From Heteronotia binoei (taxonomy: Eukaryota): a stretch of DNA of 64,000 nt. This document shows, one piece after another, positions 23,860-35,892 of this stretch (its first letter is position 1; each line of letters opens with the position of its first letter). The stretch lies in the NCBI RefSeq assembly GCF_032191835.1, contig NC_083234.1:27776001-27840000 (forward strand), written 5' to 3'. The notes under the pieces were generated by a model that worked only from the letters and a program-made list of their open reading frames with translations, was not told where the DNA came from and made no database searches. The position numbers and the translations under genes are program-made.

Positions 23860-24688
23860 AGATTAGAACATGGCTCCCTTGCATTTAGCTATCTGTAGGC
23901 CTGGACATCTTTGTCAGAAGAGAATCCAGTCACATGAAATCCCATGTCCAGTCTGCAATGATACAACTCAGATGTAAGTTTAGGAACTAGGCCTTGTTCT
24001 CCACAGTAGCATGTACAAACAGGTGCTAGGTGTTGTAAAAAGAGGCTTAGCAGAATAGCAGTATAGCATTTTTTCTTGGCATTTGGGACGTGTAATAATC
24101 ACCACACCCATACAGCTCAATAGCTGCGTGGCTTACACACAGTGGGAAGAAGTAGCAGTTATTTAGCACATTTGTATATCATTCTTTTTTTAAGGAGCTC
24201 AGGGCAGCAGTCATGGCTTCCCCTTCAATGTTGTCCTGTGAATTAACTTTAGAAAAGAAAGACTAGTATAAGATCAATCTAAGATTTTCAGGGCAAGCCA
24301 GAATTTGAACTTGGTCTCCTCAGGTCTAGTACTGCCCTTTAACCATCGCACCACACTGGTTGTCAATATGATTCTATTCCCAGGGGAAATGAAGTAGGCA
24401 TGCCGATAGTCTAATGTTGACTGTATAAGCAGCTTGTAGGTTGGCTACATGAGGGTGTCATACAGACACAATCAGCAGATGGTATGCCACTATGCATGCA
24501 CGGTTCTCCCCTCCCGTGTTTTATTTTCCCAGGAATTCAGTTAATGTGGTTTAGAGAGAGAGAGAGAGAAACTAGCTTAAGGTCAACCAGCCAGCTTCAT
24601 AATGACGCAATCCACATCTTTCAGGTCCTAGTCTAACCCATACCTCACACACACTGATTCTCATTATCCATTAAAAGCTGCAGCACTA

Positions 24689-24795
24689 TTTCTACCACTG
24701 ATCATCAGTCCTGTTCCTTTCCTTCTAAGGGCTCACAGTGAATGTTATTTCAAGTTCCCTCTGTTGAAGAGATGCCTCACTTGCAAGCAGTGCTC
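24689..24795 (+). pseudogene. Duplicated fragment of the PANX3 intron 3 / exon 4 junction (pseudo-exon start)
   Basis: Aligns to 25069-25172 with 8 substitutions and one 3-nt insertion. Acceptor AG intact at 24728-24729. Confidence 0.9.
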
Positions 24796-24878
24796 CTACC
24801 TCGTACCTCACCAATACCTCACACTGACTGTCATTATCTATTGAAAGTTGGTGTTTTACTGTTAGTAATACTACTATG

Positions 24879-25061
24879 AGAGCTTTTTCTGTAGCAAGAA
24901 CTCCTTTGGATATTAAGCCACATGCCCCTGATGTAGCCTAGCCAATCCTCCAAGAGCTTACAGTAGGCCCTGTAATAAGAGCCCTGTAAGCTCTTGGAGG
25001 ATTGGCTACATCAGGGGTGTGTGGCCTAATATGCCAAGAAGTTCCCACGCAAAAAAGCTCT
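24879..25061. mobile_element. Palindromic cagggcttttt-family MITE
   Basis: TIRs agagcttttt / aaaaagctct. Internal near-perfect inverted repeat cccctgatgtagc...ccaatcctccaagagcttacag / ctgtaagctcttggaggattggctacatcagggg. Confidence 0.8.
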
Positions 25062-25106
25062 ACTACTTTTTCTACCACTGATCAGTCCTGTTCCTTTCCT
25101 TCTAAG

Positions 25107-25779
25107 GGCTCGTAGTGAACGTTATTTCGAGTTCCCTCTTTTGGAGAGATACCTCACTTGCAAGCAGCGCTCTTACTACCTTGTTGGCATCTACGTGTTG
25201 AGGAACCTACTCCTCCTGTTTCTCCTGGCTGCTACCTGTCTCTACTTGGGATACTGCCATGTGGTTGTGTTTTTCAAAGATGAGTTCAGCTGTTCAATAA
25301 AGGAGGGGCTCCTAAAAGACGAGCCTCACATCCCAGACTTTGTTCCTTGCAAACTGGTTTTCTTCTCCGTCTTCCAGCTGACCAGCATCTGCATTGGAGT
25401 GGTGTATGCCCTCCTGGGGCCAGTCATAATCTACCACTTGCTCCAGCTGTGTCAGTGGGACAAGCGGCTCTTGGCCATTTACGAGATGCTCCCGGCTTTC
25501 GACCTGCTCAGCAGGAAGATGCTGACCTGCCCTCTGAATGACCTCAACATCATCTTGCTGTTTCTGCGAGCCAATATCTCCGAGGTCAAGTCCTTCAGCA
25601 GGCTGAGTGTTCTGTGCACCTTGAGGGATGTCACGGCAGACAAGGAGAACATTGACACTGTTGTAGATTTCATGACCCTCCTTGCTGGTCTGGAGATGTC
25701 CAAACCTAAACACAACTTTTGCTCATCAGGCACAGATGGAAACCAGCCTCATTCCAACAGTGAGGTTGTGGGTAAGTGA
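25107..25779 (+). CDS. PANX3: PANX3 exon 4 (TM3, loop 2, TM4, C-terminal tail), read to the first stop
   Basis: ttctaag|G; ARSERYFEFPLLERYL...DEFSCSIK...CKL...YEMLPAFDLLSRKML...DFMTLLAGLE. The spliced CDS is 1212 nt = 403 aa. A possible donor follows 25771. Confidence 0.95.
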
Positions 25780-28574
25780 CATTAGGGCAGAGTCCAGTGT
25801 TCCTCACTTTTGAGGATGATGGCCAAAAATCCAAACCCTTCTATTACATTTTTAATCGCGTCCTTCCTCCGAGGATCATCATACCTGGCTCTCCTCTTGA
25901 TCGTCTCAACAGTCCTGTGAGGTAGATTTGGCCGAGGGACAGTGACTGGCCCAAGGTCATCTGGCAAGGTTCATGACTGAGCAAGGATTTGAATTGTCTC
26001 CCCCTGCCAATCCTAGAGTGACACTCTAACCATTACACTACTCCAGCCCACAATTTCTCCCACCAATATTTTCTCTTCTCTTGTTAAAACTTGGATTTTC
26101 CCTCCGCTTTGTTGCTGACAGGATCTCTGCATTAATGCTGGGCCAAAATGTAGTCCCTGATTTTTAAACTAATAGGGAAATATGCACACATGCACTGTTC
26201 CATTTTGGGGCTGCACATTTTGTAACTCTACCATCCAGTAACATCTATATGTCCCACCCTTGATTTGTCCATTATTGTCCCAGTTAAAAGCTGAAACATC
26301 TTTGCACTCTGGTGCCCACGTCAATCCGAAGACCGAAGCTTAGAATGTACAGAGAGTATCAGCGTTCAGTCTGAGATGGCATTGATAACTGCATTCCTAG
26401 GCATACTTTGAGAGTGATCCCATTTAACTTACTTGACTTGCTTCTGAGCAAAGATGCTTAGGATCATACTGTATGGAGAAAACTGAGCTGTGGGTTCCGT
26501 GACTTTTCAGTGTTTGGGGTGTGAACGGCATTTGTCCATTCATGAGAAGTCACAGGAAGTTGAAGAAAACAATGGAGGAAATGTAACCCTTTCCCCTTAT
26601 GTTAGGGATGTATTTCAGGCAAAAATAGAACTTGGCATAAACTCCAGCAGCCAGAGAGCTTTCTAAGAAGCAGCAGCTTTCTAGTCCTCATTGCTGTGAC
26701 AGTTTGCAAGGCATGCAGACACCGCATGGTAAAGCCCAAGGTGAAGTGACAGAGTGCCATGAACAGTTCTAGGCTACTGCCCTGACTCTTCCTCATGATG
26801 ATTAGGAATTGAATAATTTATGCTAATACACACTCAACACAGGAGACAAATTCAGTTTCTTAGTCCAAAATGCATACCCTCACATGAAGCTCTGCTTTTT
26901 GGTCTCGTTCTGACACGCAAGTCGCATACCATCATGTTTGAGTGTCTAGTAACACGTGTACAAACAATATTATAATAGATCACCCACCCACTCACTGATG
27001 TGATGCATATACAAGAGGCCCCTGGGTAAATGAGGTCCTTCTACCTTTACGAAAAATGATGGAAACTTAGTTGGCAAGGCAAAAGCCATGGCCATATGGT
27101 GAGAGTTGTCTCTGTATCCCCAGGGGAAAAGATATTTCCATTCAGAGCTCAGCCCCAGGGCTTTGTGCAGCAAAGCACAGAACAGCAGCACAATCCCTGG
27201 AAACAACAACAAACACCAGCAAATCTCAGCTCCATCACCTGCAAAGAGATACACAAAACGGACAGGGATTCATGCAGCTACCCACGGAAAAACCCAATTG
27301 TTCTTACACTGAATAAAGCTTGTGTAAAGCACTGTTTGTCAGAATGCTTTAAGACTCTTGCTTAAACTTTTTGAATTATTTGCCTTCCACTTTGGCGCCA
27401 AGCTTCTGTTTCACAGATCATACAAAGACCCCTGCCTGCTTTGTGTGCATTAAGCCACACAGAAAGGTCCAGAGATGTGGCACTAATCCTGCAGTGGTTG
27501 TAGAGGGCAACAGAGTACGTGGAACCCCCTAATAAACTTATGCAAAAGGAAGTATCAGTGGATGAAGGCAGCAGCTCTACTTCCTAATGCCAGGTTGAGA
27601 AGTTGGTGTTCTTCTAAAATGGAAGAACAGAGAAATGTATGGAGGCTAGGTCCATCATTAATTCATAGGATTATTATGAGTCAGAAGTGACTTCATGGCA
27701 CGACACACAATCAGCTCCATCAGTGGCTACTAGCCATGATGGCTAAATGCAACCTTGACGTTCAAAGGTGCTACTGAATAAGTAATGTGGGTGCGTAACA
27801 GGGGGATCAGTGTCCTTGTGTCCAGGGTCTTCTGGGCCATCTAGTTGACCATTGTGGGAAACAGGATGCTGCATCATTGGTTTGACCCCTTGGGCTCTTA
27901 GATTCCTTTGCTAGGCCAAAGGAGAAGCACTAATGTCAGAAATCCAATGTGGATCAGGAGAGGGTTGTCGTACAAGGGCCATTCAGCCCCCTCCCGCTCT
28001 GGCTGGTGCAAAGAAGGTTTTACTTTTGTGAAGGCTGCCCATGGCCCAGAGCTCATTTGGGAGCCATCAATGGAGCACAGAATAATTTCTCTCCTGCAAG
28101 TAGCTTTTAGTGGGGGAGAAATGTCACTGTGAACTGTACGCGTCTGACAACACAGAGCTGAAAGCTCAAGCCTCAAAATATTTATTTGCTGAGATGCTGC
28201 CACCAGCACAGCGAATGCCAGCTGAACAGACATCTTCTGTAAGGAGATTGTCCTTTGCAAAGCAGCAATGAAATTATCACCTGTGGTGAGACCCCCATTC
28301 ATAGCTGCATGCGCAGTGCAAAGAGGCATTTTGAGGGTATTGCTAGCTGCCTGCTTTGCTATTGAAAGCTGTTTATGCCATTAAAATGACTAAAAGCAGC
28401 AAAAACCAAAATTCCATCCTTAAGAAGTCTTAAAAGTAGAGTAGAAATAATTTTAAACGCTATCGGCTGGAAAACAATAAAGGCAGCAACTCAGTGCCAG
28501 AAAGGCCAGCAGTCCAGTTTAAAAAAAATATAAGAAAACAAATGACAGAAAGCCCTCCAGATCAGAACAGTTAA

Positions 28575-28795
28575 ACACACAGGAAGCTGCCTTGTAGCAA
28601 ATCAGACCATCGGTCCATTGGGGTCTGGACTGTCTACTCAGACTGACAGCAACCCTCCAGGTTCTCAGGTGGAGGTCTTTTACAGCACCTTCTGCCTCGT
28701 TTTTTCAATTCAAAATGCCAGGGATTGAACCTGTGACCTTTTGCGTATGAAGCAGAGGCTCTTCCACTGAGCCACAGTCCCTCACCGAGCCACAG
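28575..28795 (-). mobile_element. tRNA-derived SINE with CR1-like tail (Squam2-like)
   Basis: Minus strand: gagggactgtggctcagtggaagagcc...caggttcaatccctggca head, then ...atggtctgatttgctacaaggcagcttcctgtg. Confidence 0.7.
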
Positions 28796-28901
28796 CTTCT
28801 CTCTATTTGGAAAGCTAGAAGTCAGAAGGTATGACAAGTCTCCTGCAGCAGGGAATTCTACAGGGTGAGAGTCACATGGTCCTGGAGACTTGCCCACCTT
28901 C

Positions 28902-29155
28902 CAGTGTGGTGTAGTGGATAAGAGCAGCAGACTCTAATCTGGAGAAGTGAGTCTGATTCCCCACTCCTCTTCCCCACGAAGCCAGCTGAGTGATATTGGG
29001 TCAGTCGCAGTTCTTACAGAGCTCTCTCAGCTCCACCTGCCTCACAGGGTGCCTGTTGTGGGGAGAGGAAGGGAAGGTGATTGTAAGCTGCTTTGAGACT
29101 CCTTACAGTAGAGACAAGCGGGGTATAAAAACCAACTCCTCCTCTTCTTTCTTCT
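28902..29155 (+). mobile_element. Squam3-like SINE, short subfamily
   Basis: ccagtgtggtgtagtggataagag head, MIR-like core, CT-rich tail. Confidence 0.8.
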
Positions 29156-30039
29156 GTTGAAGCTGGCACACCAGCAGGGCACCAGTGGCTGATCTCAGAG
29201 CACTGTCTTTGTGTCACAGGCTAGATCAGAGGGCTTTCCTGCTTATTCCTTCCTACACTGCAAACACCCCCCCCCCCATTTTCTGTGCTATTCCAAGCAC
29301 CCACAGAATGGCCCTCTGCAAGACCCAGCATCGTTTTAATGTCTGAAACTTTCTTCCTTGTGCCTAGACATGAAGCCCGCCCATGAAGGGAAAGAAAACT
29401 GCAACAGTGTGCCATCTTTGACTCTTGCTTGACTCGAAGGAGCAGCAGTCAGCAAAGCAGTCAGGACAGAGTAATCGTGCTGCGATGGAGAAGAGGACAG
29501 CCAAACACCCCAGTCTTAAATCCTGGCAATGGTAAACTGCTGTGTCCGCTAAGTCATACTGGCCCCGATGGACTGGTGAAGCAACCTGAAAGCACGATCC
29601 ATATTGCTTGTTTACTGGCTACCACATCCATAGCATTTAATGTTACCACAACTTTTTTTTTTTGAGACAATGGCAAATGCTTTTGTTTTTGTTTGGGATT
29701 TAATGTTCTCACAATATTAGGGCTGTCACTTTATTATTATGATAATAGCTACCTGCAAGAAGATATTAAACAGATACAGGTTTCCATACATGGAGGAGTT
29801 ACGGTACATCAAACATTATTTCCCTGTTCAGTATATAAATCTGACTGTTGGAAGGGTGGGGAAATGATAACCCTAAATTTGTGGGCAAAAGTTAAAATTA
29901 TAGGTATCTTCTTTATCTTGATTCCCTCAGGATCTATCAAATTTCATATTCATCAGTTTAAAACATGTCCCTTTATATGTTTTAGACATGAGAACCATGC
30001 TGCAAAATGTCAGACAGCATCATTTGAAAAAAGTTTTTA

Positions 30040-30215
30040 AGGGAATGAGCCCAGTCAAGCACCTCCCGTGCATGAGATGGTCCTGGGTTCAAATTCTGGC
30101 ATCTCCAAATAAAGGGTCTCAGTTAATAGGTTAGGAAAAGCCTTTCTCTGCCCAAAACTCTGGAGTGCTGCTGCCAGGCAATACTAAGCTAAATGGGCCA
30201 ATTCTGTAGCAGCTT
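30040..30215 (+). mobile_element. Degraded tRNA-derived SINE (Squam2-like)
   Basis: B-box-like ggttcaaattctggca and tail ctggagtgctgctgccag. Confidence 0.45.
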
Positions 30216-31317
30216 GATTTACATTCGACCCTGAACTCTACACTGCTGCTGGTTTATAAATCAAGACTTGCTGTTGAATACATACAAAAACGTTTTTTAT
30301 AAACTTTTCACTAATGGCTTTTAACAGGGTGCAAGGTATTATTTAAACATCTCAAAATATTATTTTATTCCTTTAATGTCAAGAGAAGGATCATTAACTC
30401 TGGTTACCCAGAAACTCTCAACTGGCAATTCTTGAATAAATTATTTACAAAGGCTCTTAACTTACACAACTGAAATAAATTATGCAAACTCACCCAAATT
30501 GCGGAGCAGCTCTTACTGTGGTTTTTAAGGGTGTTTTGTTTCTCTGTTCACTTGTTTTTATGAAAGGATGGCTGGGGTAGGTGATGCTGATCTACCTTAA
30601 CACCAATCACTTGCATTTTCTGTGCTGACCTTTTAATATTTTGTATGTTAAGTGACCCTAAATCCACATTGTGAGTTCTCTGCTGTGCAGATTTTCAGAC
30701 AGAATGGATTAGATTTAAATCAGCTATTTAAGCCAAGTTTCTAATACATGTTTTCCAATCAAGCAAGTATGCCAACTGGCTGATTTAAGAATATATATTT
30801 ATTCAGACAGGGCAGCAGTTAGGAAATTTAGGGTTTCTGCCTTGTGCTCTCTCTGTACTTCTAAGACACTAAAAGAGTAACTATGAAAAGGCTAATTGTC
30901 CTGTACTTTTTAGAAGCACAGGATGGTATTTGCTTGGTGGAAGAGTTTTTCAGAAGGACATTTTTTAAAAAAAGAATGTATAAACATGTTTATTTTAAAA
31001 CTTAATGCAGATGTAAAAGACATTTAAAGGAACCAACAATTTTTTTAAAAAAAAGTTGAAATCCAAATTACTGGTGACAAAGCAGATGAAACTTTTTTTC
31101 CCTGAAGCCCCTCTTTTGACAGCACTTTTGATTTTCCTCTTTGCCTTTGAGTCATTATTTGGCACATTTTGAATGTAAGAAGTATCCATTACTGAAGAGC
31201 ATGAGAGATGTGAGCTACTGCACCCTACACTACCTACATTCGTCCCTAACATCTGAAAAGCAAGAAAAAAGAGAAACCATTTTAGAAAACAAAACACGGC
31301 TTATTTAAATAGGTCTT

Positions 31318-31420
31318 AGATTCAGGTGGGCAGCCATGTTGGTCTGAGGCAACAGAACCAAATTTGAGTCCGGTGGCACCTTTAAGATCAAGAAAGGTTA
31401 ATTCTTGGCGTAAGCTCTTA
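31318..31420. mobile_element. Penelope-like element terminal-repeat fragment
   Basis: gagtccggtggcacctttaagatcaag... matches 54868-54990, 34705-34800 and 35100-35180. Confidence 0.55.
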
Positions 31421-31835
31421 GGTCTTAGAAACAGTCTTTGTACTACAAGCAGATTTGTATAATGAGTTAAATTACAAAAGTTACCAACTGCTTCAGCAGT
31501 GCATTATTACACTCATGCTATGTTATTAATTATGAACAGAATTAGTCCTATTTAAAATTAGGAGCATATGTTCAAGGACAGGCTATCTGCCCATAGAATA
31601 GAGGGATTTATAGCATAGACTGAAGATTTAAACAAGACGGTTCTGAGAAAGCATTTCAGTGAGCAGAACTTCTGGAATTAGTAAAATGGTGTACAGCAAT
31701 TTTTTCCACAACCCAAAATTCAGTTTTTCAATGGGGAAAAATTAATAATACTTTTCCAGGACCTTCACATCTTTTCTGAAGCTATTCATGATCAGTTTCA
31801 CAAACCATTGAAGGCTACAATACTCAAATATCCTT

Positions 31836-32085
31836 TGTTGTTGTTCAGTCGCACAGTCGAGTCCGACTCTTTGCGACCTCATGGACAAAGTCATGTCAGG
31901 CCCTCCTGTCTTCCACCACCCTTCTAAATCTGCTCAAATTTGTATTAGTTACATCAGTAATGCTGTCCCAGCCATCTCATCTTTTGCCGTCCCCTTCTTC
32001 TTTTGCCTTCTCTGTTTCCCAGCATCAGGATCTTCACCCATGAGTGCTCCCTTCTCATTTGGTGGCCAAAGTATTTGAGCTTCAG
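31836..32085 (-). mobile_element. Bov-B (RTE) LINE 3' end, 5'-truncated
   Basis: ttgttgttgttcagtcgcacagtcgagtccgactctttgcgac...ggtggccaaagtatttgagcttcag matches the Bov-B 3' end in reverse. 13-bp TSD ctcaaatatcctt (31823-31835 / 32086-32098). Confidence 0.88.
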
Positions 32086-33402
32086 CTCAAATATCCTTAC
32101 TCTTTACTTAATACAGGCTTTACAGCCACAAAATAAAGGGTTTTTTTGCTTTTTAAAAGGCTAAAATATGACCTCAGGAGCAGACTGCAGAAGGGAATCC
32201 ACATCATCCTTAAACTGTAGCTCTGCTCCTGAAAAGCCACTTAACACCTTACTCATCCTGCCTCCTGTGCACTCACTAAAATCCAGTGAACTTAGCAACA
32301 GGAGCAAGCTGTTCCTCCTTTCTGCTCTGGTTGGCATGACAGGAACAATCACAGCTGAGTGCAAAAGGCTGGCTTGTTGCTTCTCTAAAACAGACGAGCA
32401 ATCATTTCCACTTGGGTGGCAGAGACAGGGCAACCAAGGTCCACTGCTGGAGAAACTCTCAGCTCCAGGTCAGGATTTTAGTGGCAACAGCTATAAAACA
32501 ATGTACTTGTCTTTGTAAAAGCAGGCAATGCAGTGACACAAACTGGGCTTTTAAAATAGAACTTGGTCCAAGTGAAACCAAGTCATTCTCAGCATTTAAT
32601 GTTCTTAAGTGATTCAGGCATGGAGAGGTTGTGGCGACTGAAAGCAAAATCCAAAATGAAACACTGCATAACACCTTTTATTAAGAACAGCCAAAATGAC
32701 AGAAGACAGTATGGGTTGGATTTGGCAAAATTTACAGGAGAAGAATTCTCTATCCCCCACACTCCACTGATAATGAAATGATACTGGAGAAACTGGGCTG
32801 GGGTGTTCTGCAGTGGGAAAGAGGAAATTGTTCAGTGTCATTTTGATTAAAGGTATTATGGTATTCAGACATGAAGCTCTCTAGGAGACTCTGGATCAGT
32901 TTCTCAGTAAAATGCTACTTCACAATATTGTTGTGAAGATATAACAGAAGAATATATACCATGTATTTTGCCCTGAGTTCCCTGGTGGAAGGACCACTGC
33001 TTTCCCCCCATAAGCCAGGGCCATCTCTTGTTCTAAGGAGGATTAGTTTATTGCAGTCCTTTTCATCATGTACATGGACCAAAAATCACAACTGAAAACA
33101 CAAAGATCTCCTAAGAGCCAACACAATCAAAAAAATTATATTATAATGCATTTTTTGAAAATTTTGTATCCCAACTTTATTTTTTAAAACACAGCTTGAA
33201 ATGCAAAAGTATAAAAGATGTTTTATTTTTAGTTATTCTGTGAAAAATAATAATAAAAGCAATTCATAAAACATCTAATACGTTTTTTTTAAATCAGTCA
33301 ATAAAAATCATAGAAACAAAACAACAAACCTTCCAGAATGTATTAAACATATTAAGAGATAAAACCATCACATGTCCTCCCAAACAAAGGTGACTTGATC
33401 AA

Positions 33403-33459
33403 ATTCCAGAACTCCAAAAGCAAAAGGGTGAACATTCCAGAACTCCAAAAGCAAAAGGG
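33403..33459. repeat. Local tandem duplication, period 31
   Basis: attccagaactccaaaagcaaaaggg occurs twice. Confidence 0.9.
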
Positions 33460-34704
33460 GGCACCACAGGAAAGGCCCTACTCTACAAGCTCACCAATGA
33501 TTTCTTCTCACAGCAGATGTGTCATGCAGTTACCAGAAGATCTTAGTTCACTTGCCAAGCTTTAAGGCCTTGTTAAAATTAGGTTAAAATTAAAATTGAA
33601 AAGAAACAATTTTAGCAGGGTAGTCTTTTTTTGGTATGATGTTGTTGCTAACAGATAACAGCAGGCATGGGAGAATGCAGACACAGCCAGATCCAAGCAC
33701 CATGATGACCTAATAATTATGTGTTCAGATTCTTTCTATTTCTAGTATGCGTTTTGTAAGTACAGTGCAGGTGTGCATGTGATGGGCCGGAACATGGCAT
33801 GTGTAACCTCTGGTGTAGTTTCTCCAAAGCAAGGGTATCAAACATGTGGCCCATGAGCCAGGACTGCTGCAAGGTTGGTATCTGGCCTGCAAAAAACTGA
33901 CTCTCTCCTGCTTCGTCCTCCTGGACTGCTGCTGCATTACCAAGCCTGTCTTCCCTCCAGTAGCTGAGATCTCCTCTTTCTCTTTTGGGGAGGAAGTGAG
34001 GGGGGAAGGAAAGCAACAGCACTCGCACGTGCACCAGAGAAAACCTTCCGGCTTTGAGGAGGGAGGAAGGAAGGGGGAAGGAAAGAGTGCATGCAAGAAA
34101 GGCACCTTTAAGACCAACAAAGTTTTATTCTAGGTATAAGCTTTCATGGGCATGCATACTTTTTCTGAGAGAGGGAGGGAGGACAAACACAATTTACATT
34201 AAGATTGACCGGCTCTGCTGTTTGAGTCCTGATCTCTCTTTCTCTCTCATACACACAGACATATACACACACGTTAAAAAAGGAATGGGGGCAGGAAAAA
34301 GATGCAACTGGGATAAGGGGAAGTAAAGGGAAATTATTTTGATTTATTCAGGTTTTTAAAAGATTTTATTTCTCTGAGCCTATCTGGGATTTTTTTTTTC
34401 TTTCATAAAGGCCCTGATTAGGAATTTCAACAATGGAAGTAGATGGCTAAGTATTTAAAAAATATTTGTATGGTTCTATATAATCCAGTTCAACATGTGG
34501 TCCCCCCTCTCCCCACCTCACTGGCTGCCTTTCTTCACATTAACCCTCACCTCCATTGCTTTTTAACTGTTTAATTATCATCACTAGCACTGAGTGGATT
34601 TTGTCCAGTCTTAAATCCACACATGATTTCACTTGGAGATATCCCCCCTTCCAGTTCTAACAGAAGCAAGCAAGCAACCAGTACAGCTTGTAATCTTTAT
34701 TAGT

Positions 34705-35180
34705 GGAAGGAAGCAGGAGTCCAGTAGCACCTTAATGATTAACAAAAATTGTGGCAGGGGATGAGCCTCCATGAGCCACTGCTCACTTCTTTAGATACAG
34801 CTAGAATGTGAGTCCATCTCTCCTTGTATCTTGGCGAGTGAAGTGATTTCAGATTCCAAATGACAACAGCAGGCATTGGTACAAGAGAAGAAACTTAAAT
34901 CTCAATTCAGTCCAGGAGGATGCATTCTCTTGAGATTCATTATCAGTTGCAATTCAGTAGTCTCTCTTTCTAATCTCCCCTTTGAAATTCCTTTGGAAGA
35001 GAACTGCTACTCTTAGGCCAGCAACTGAATATCCTGGAAGGCTAAAATGTTCCTCCACTGGTTTTTGAACACCGTGATTTCTAATAGCAGTAAGAAAAAG
35101 TTCAACAGCACCTTAAAGACTAACAAAATTTGTGGTAGGGCTTGAGCTCTCATGAATCACTGTTCAAATCTTCAGACTTA
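34705..35180. mobile_element. Penelope-like element fragments (two terminal-repeat remnants)
   Basis: gagtccagtagcaccttaa...gctcacttctttagatac and cagcaccttaaagactaacaaaatttgtgg...cttcagac. Confidence 0.55.
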
Positions 35181-35655
35181 CATCCATTTATTCTTTGCAT
35201 CCTCCTGAACTGAATCCTCATGAAGAAAATGAGACCTAGGTTTCTTGTCCCATTACCAATGCTGGTATCTCCACTCCTACTATCCCTCTGCATATCACAC
35301 CTAATCTAATCAAGCCTGCTATTGCCATTCAGCATCTGAAATCACTTTTATAAAGTTTTTATCTCTGGTATCTTGTGTTACATTTTATGGCAGACATGGC
35401 CCGGCCCAACATAAGTGACATTTATATGTCAGATCCGGCCTTCATAACAAATGAATCTGATACCTCTGCTCTAAAGTGTTTGTTATAATGTTTCTTTTGA
35501 TCAGCACAAGGTGGTACAGGTAATACAGCAAGCTCTAATTCTTCTAGCCAACGCCTGTAGGTCTAGAGATTCTGCACAGCTCAATTAGCCTTTTTGCTAT
35601 AGCAGTGGATGGGAACAAAACAACAGCTCATCAGTCCGACACCACCCACCCGTAT

Positions 35656-35892
35656 TCATGACACGACCCAACTGGGGTTATTGTGAGAAAATGAAATGAA
35701 TGGCGGGGCAGGCAACGACTGCATGTTGTAAAGGGGGCACTGTTTGTACTCGCAAGGCCACTCAGTCCATGCATACCGCAGGCCAGTCACCGTTTCAGGG
35801 CAAGTGAGGTTGTGTAGAGTCACTGTGCGGAAGGAGGCAGTTCCAATAGGTATTGCATTCCACTTGCACAGAGCTGGGTTGGAACAGCATAC
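35656..35892 (-). CDS. SIAE: SIAE last coding exon
   Basis: ggcag|GTA; VCCSNPALCKW...GLRYAWTEWPCEYKQCPLYNMQSLPAPPFI...*; 237 nt. Confidence 0.96.
   Translation of the reverse strand, partial: VCCSNPALCKWNAIPIGTASFRTVTLHNLTCPETVTGLRYAWTEWPCEYKQCPLYNMQSLPAPPFISFSHNNPSWVVS

Noticed and set aside
25312-25733. Minus-strand ORFs of 133 and 84 aa
   Set aside because: Antisense shadows of PANX3 exon 4.
33717-34120. Exon-like minus-strand segment with an acceptor-like sequence near 33985
   Set aside because: It contains a hAT MITE terminus (caagggtatcaaacatgtggccc) and a Penelope fragment, so it is repeat-derived.
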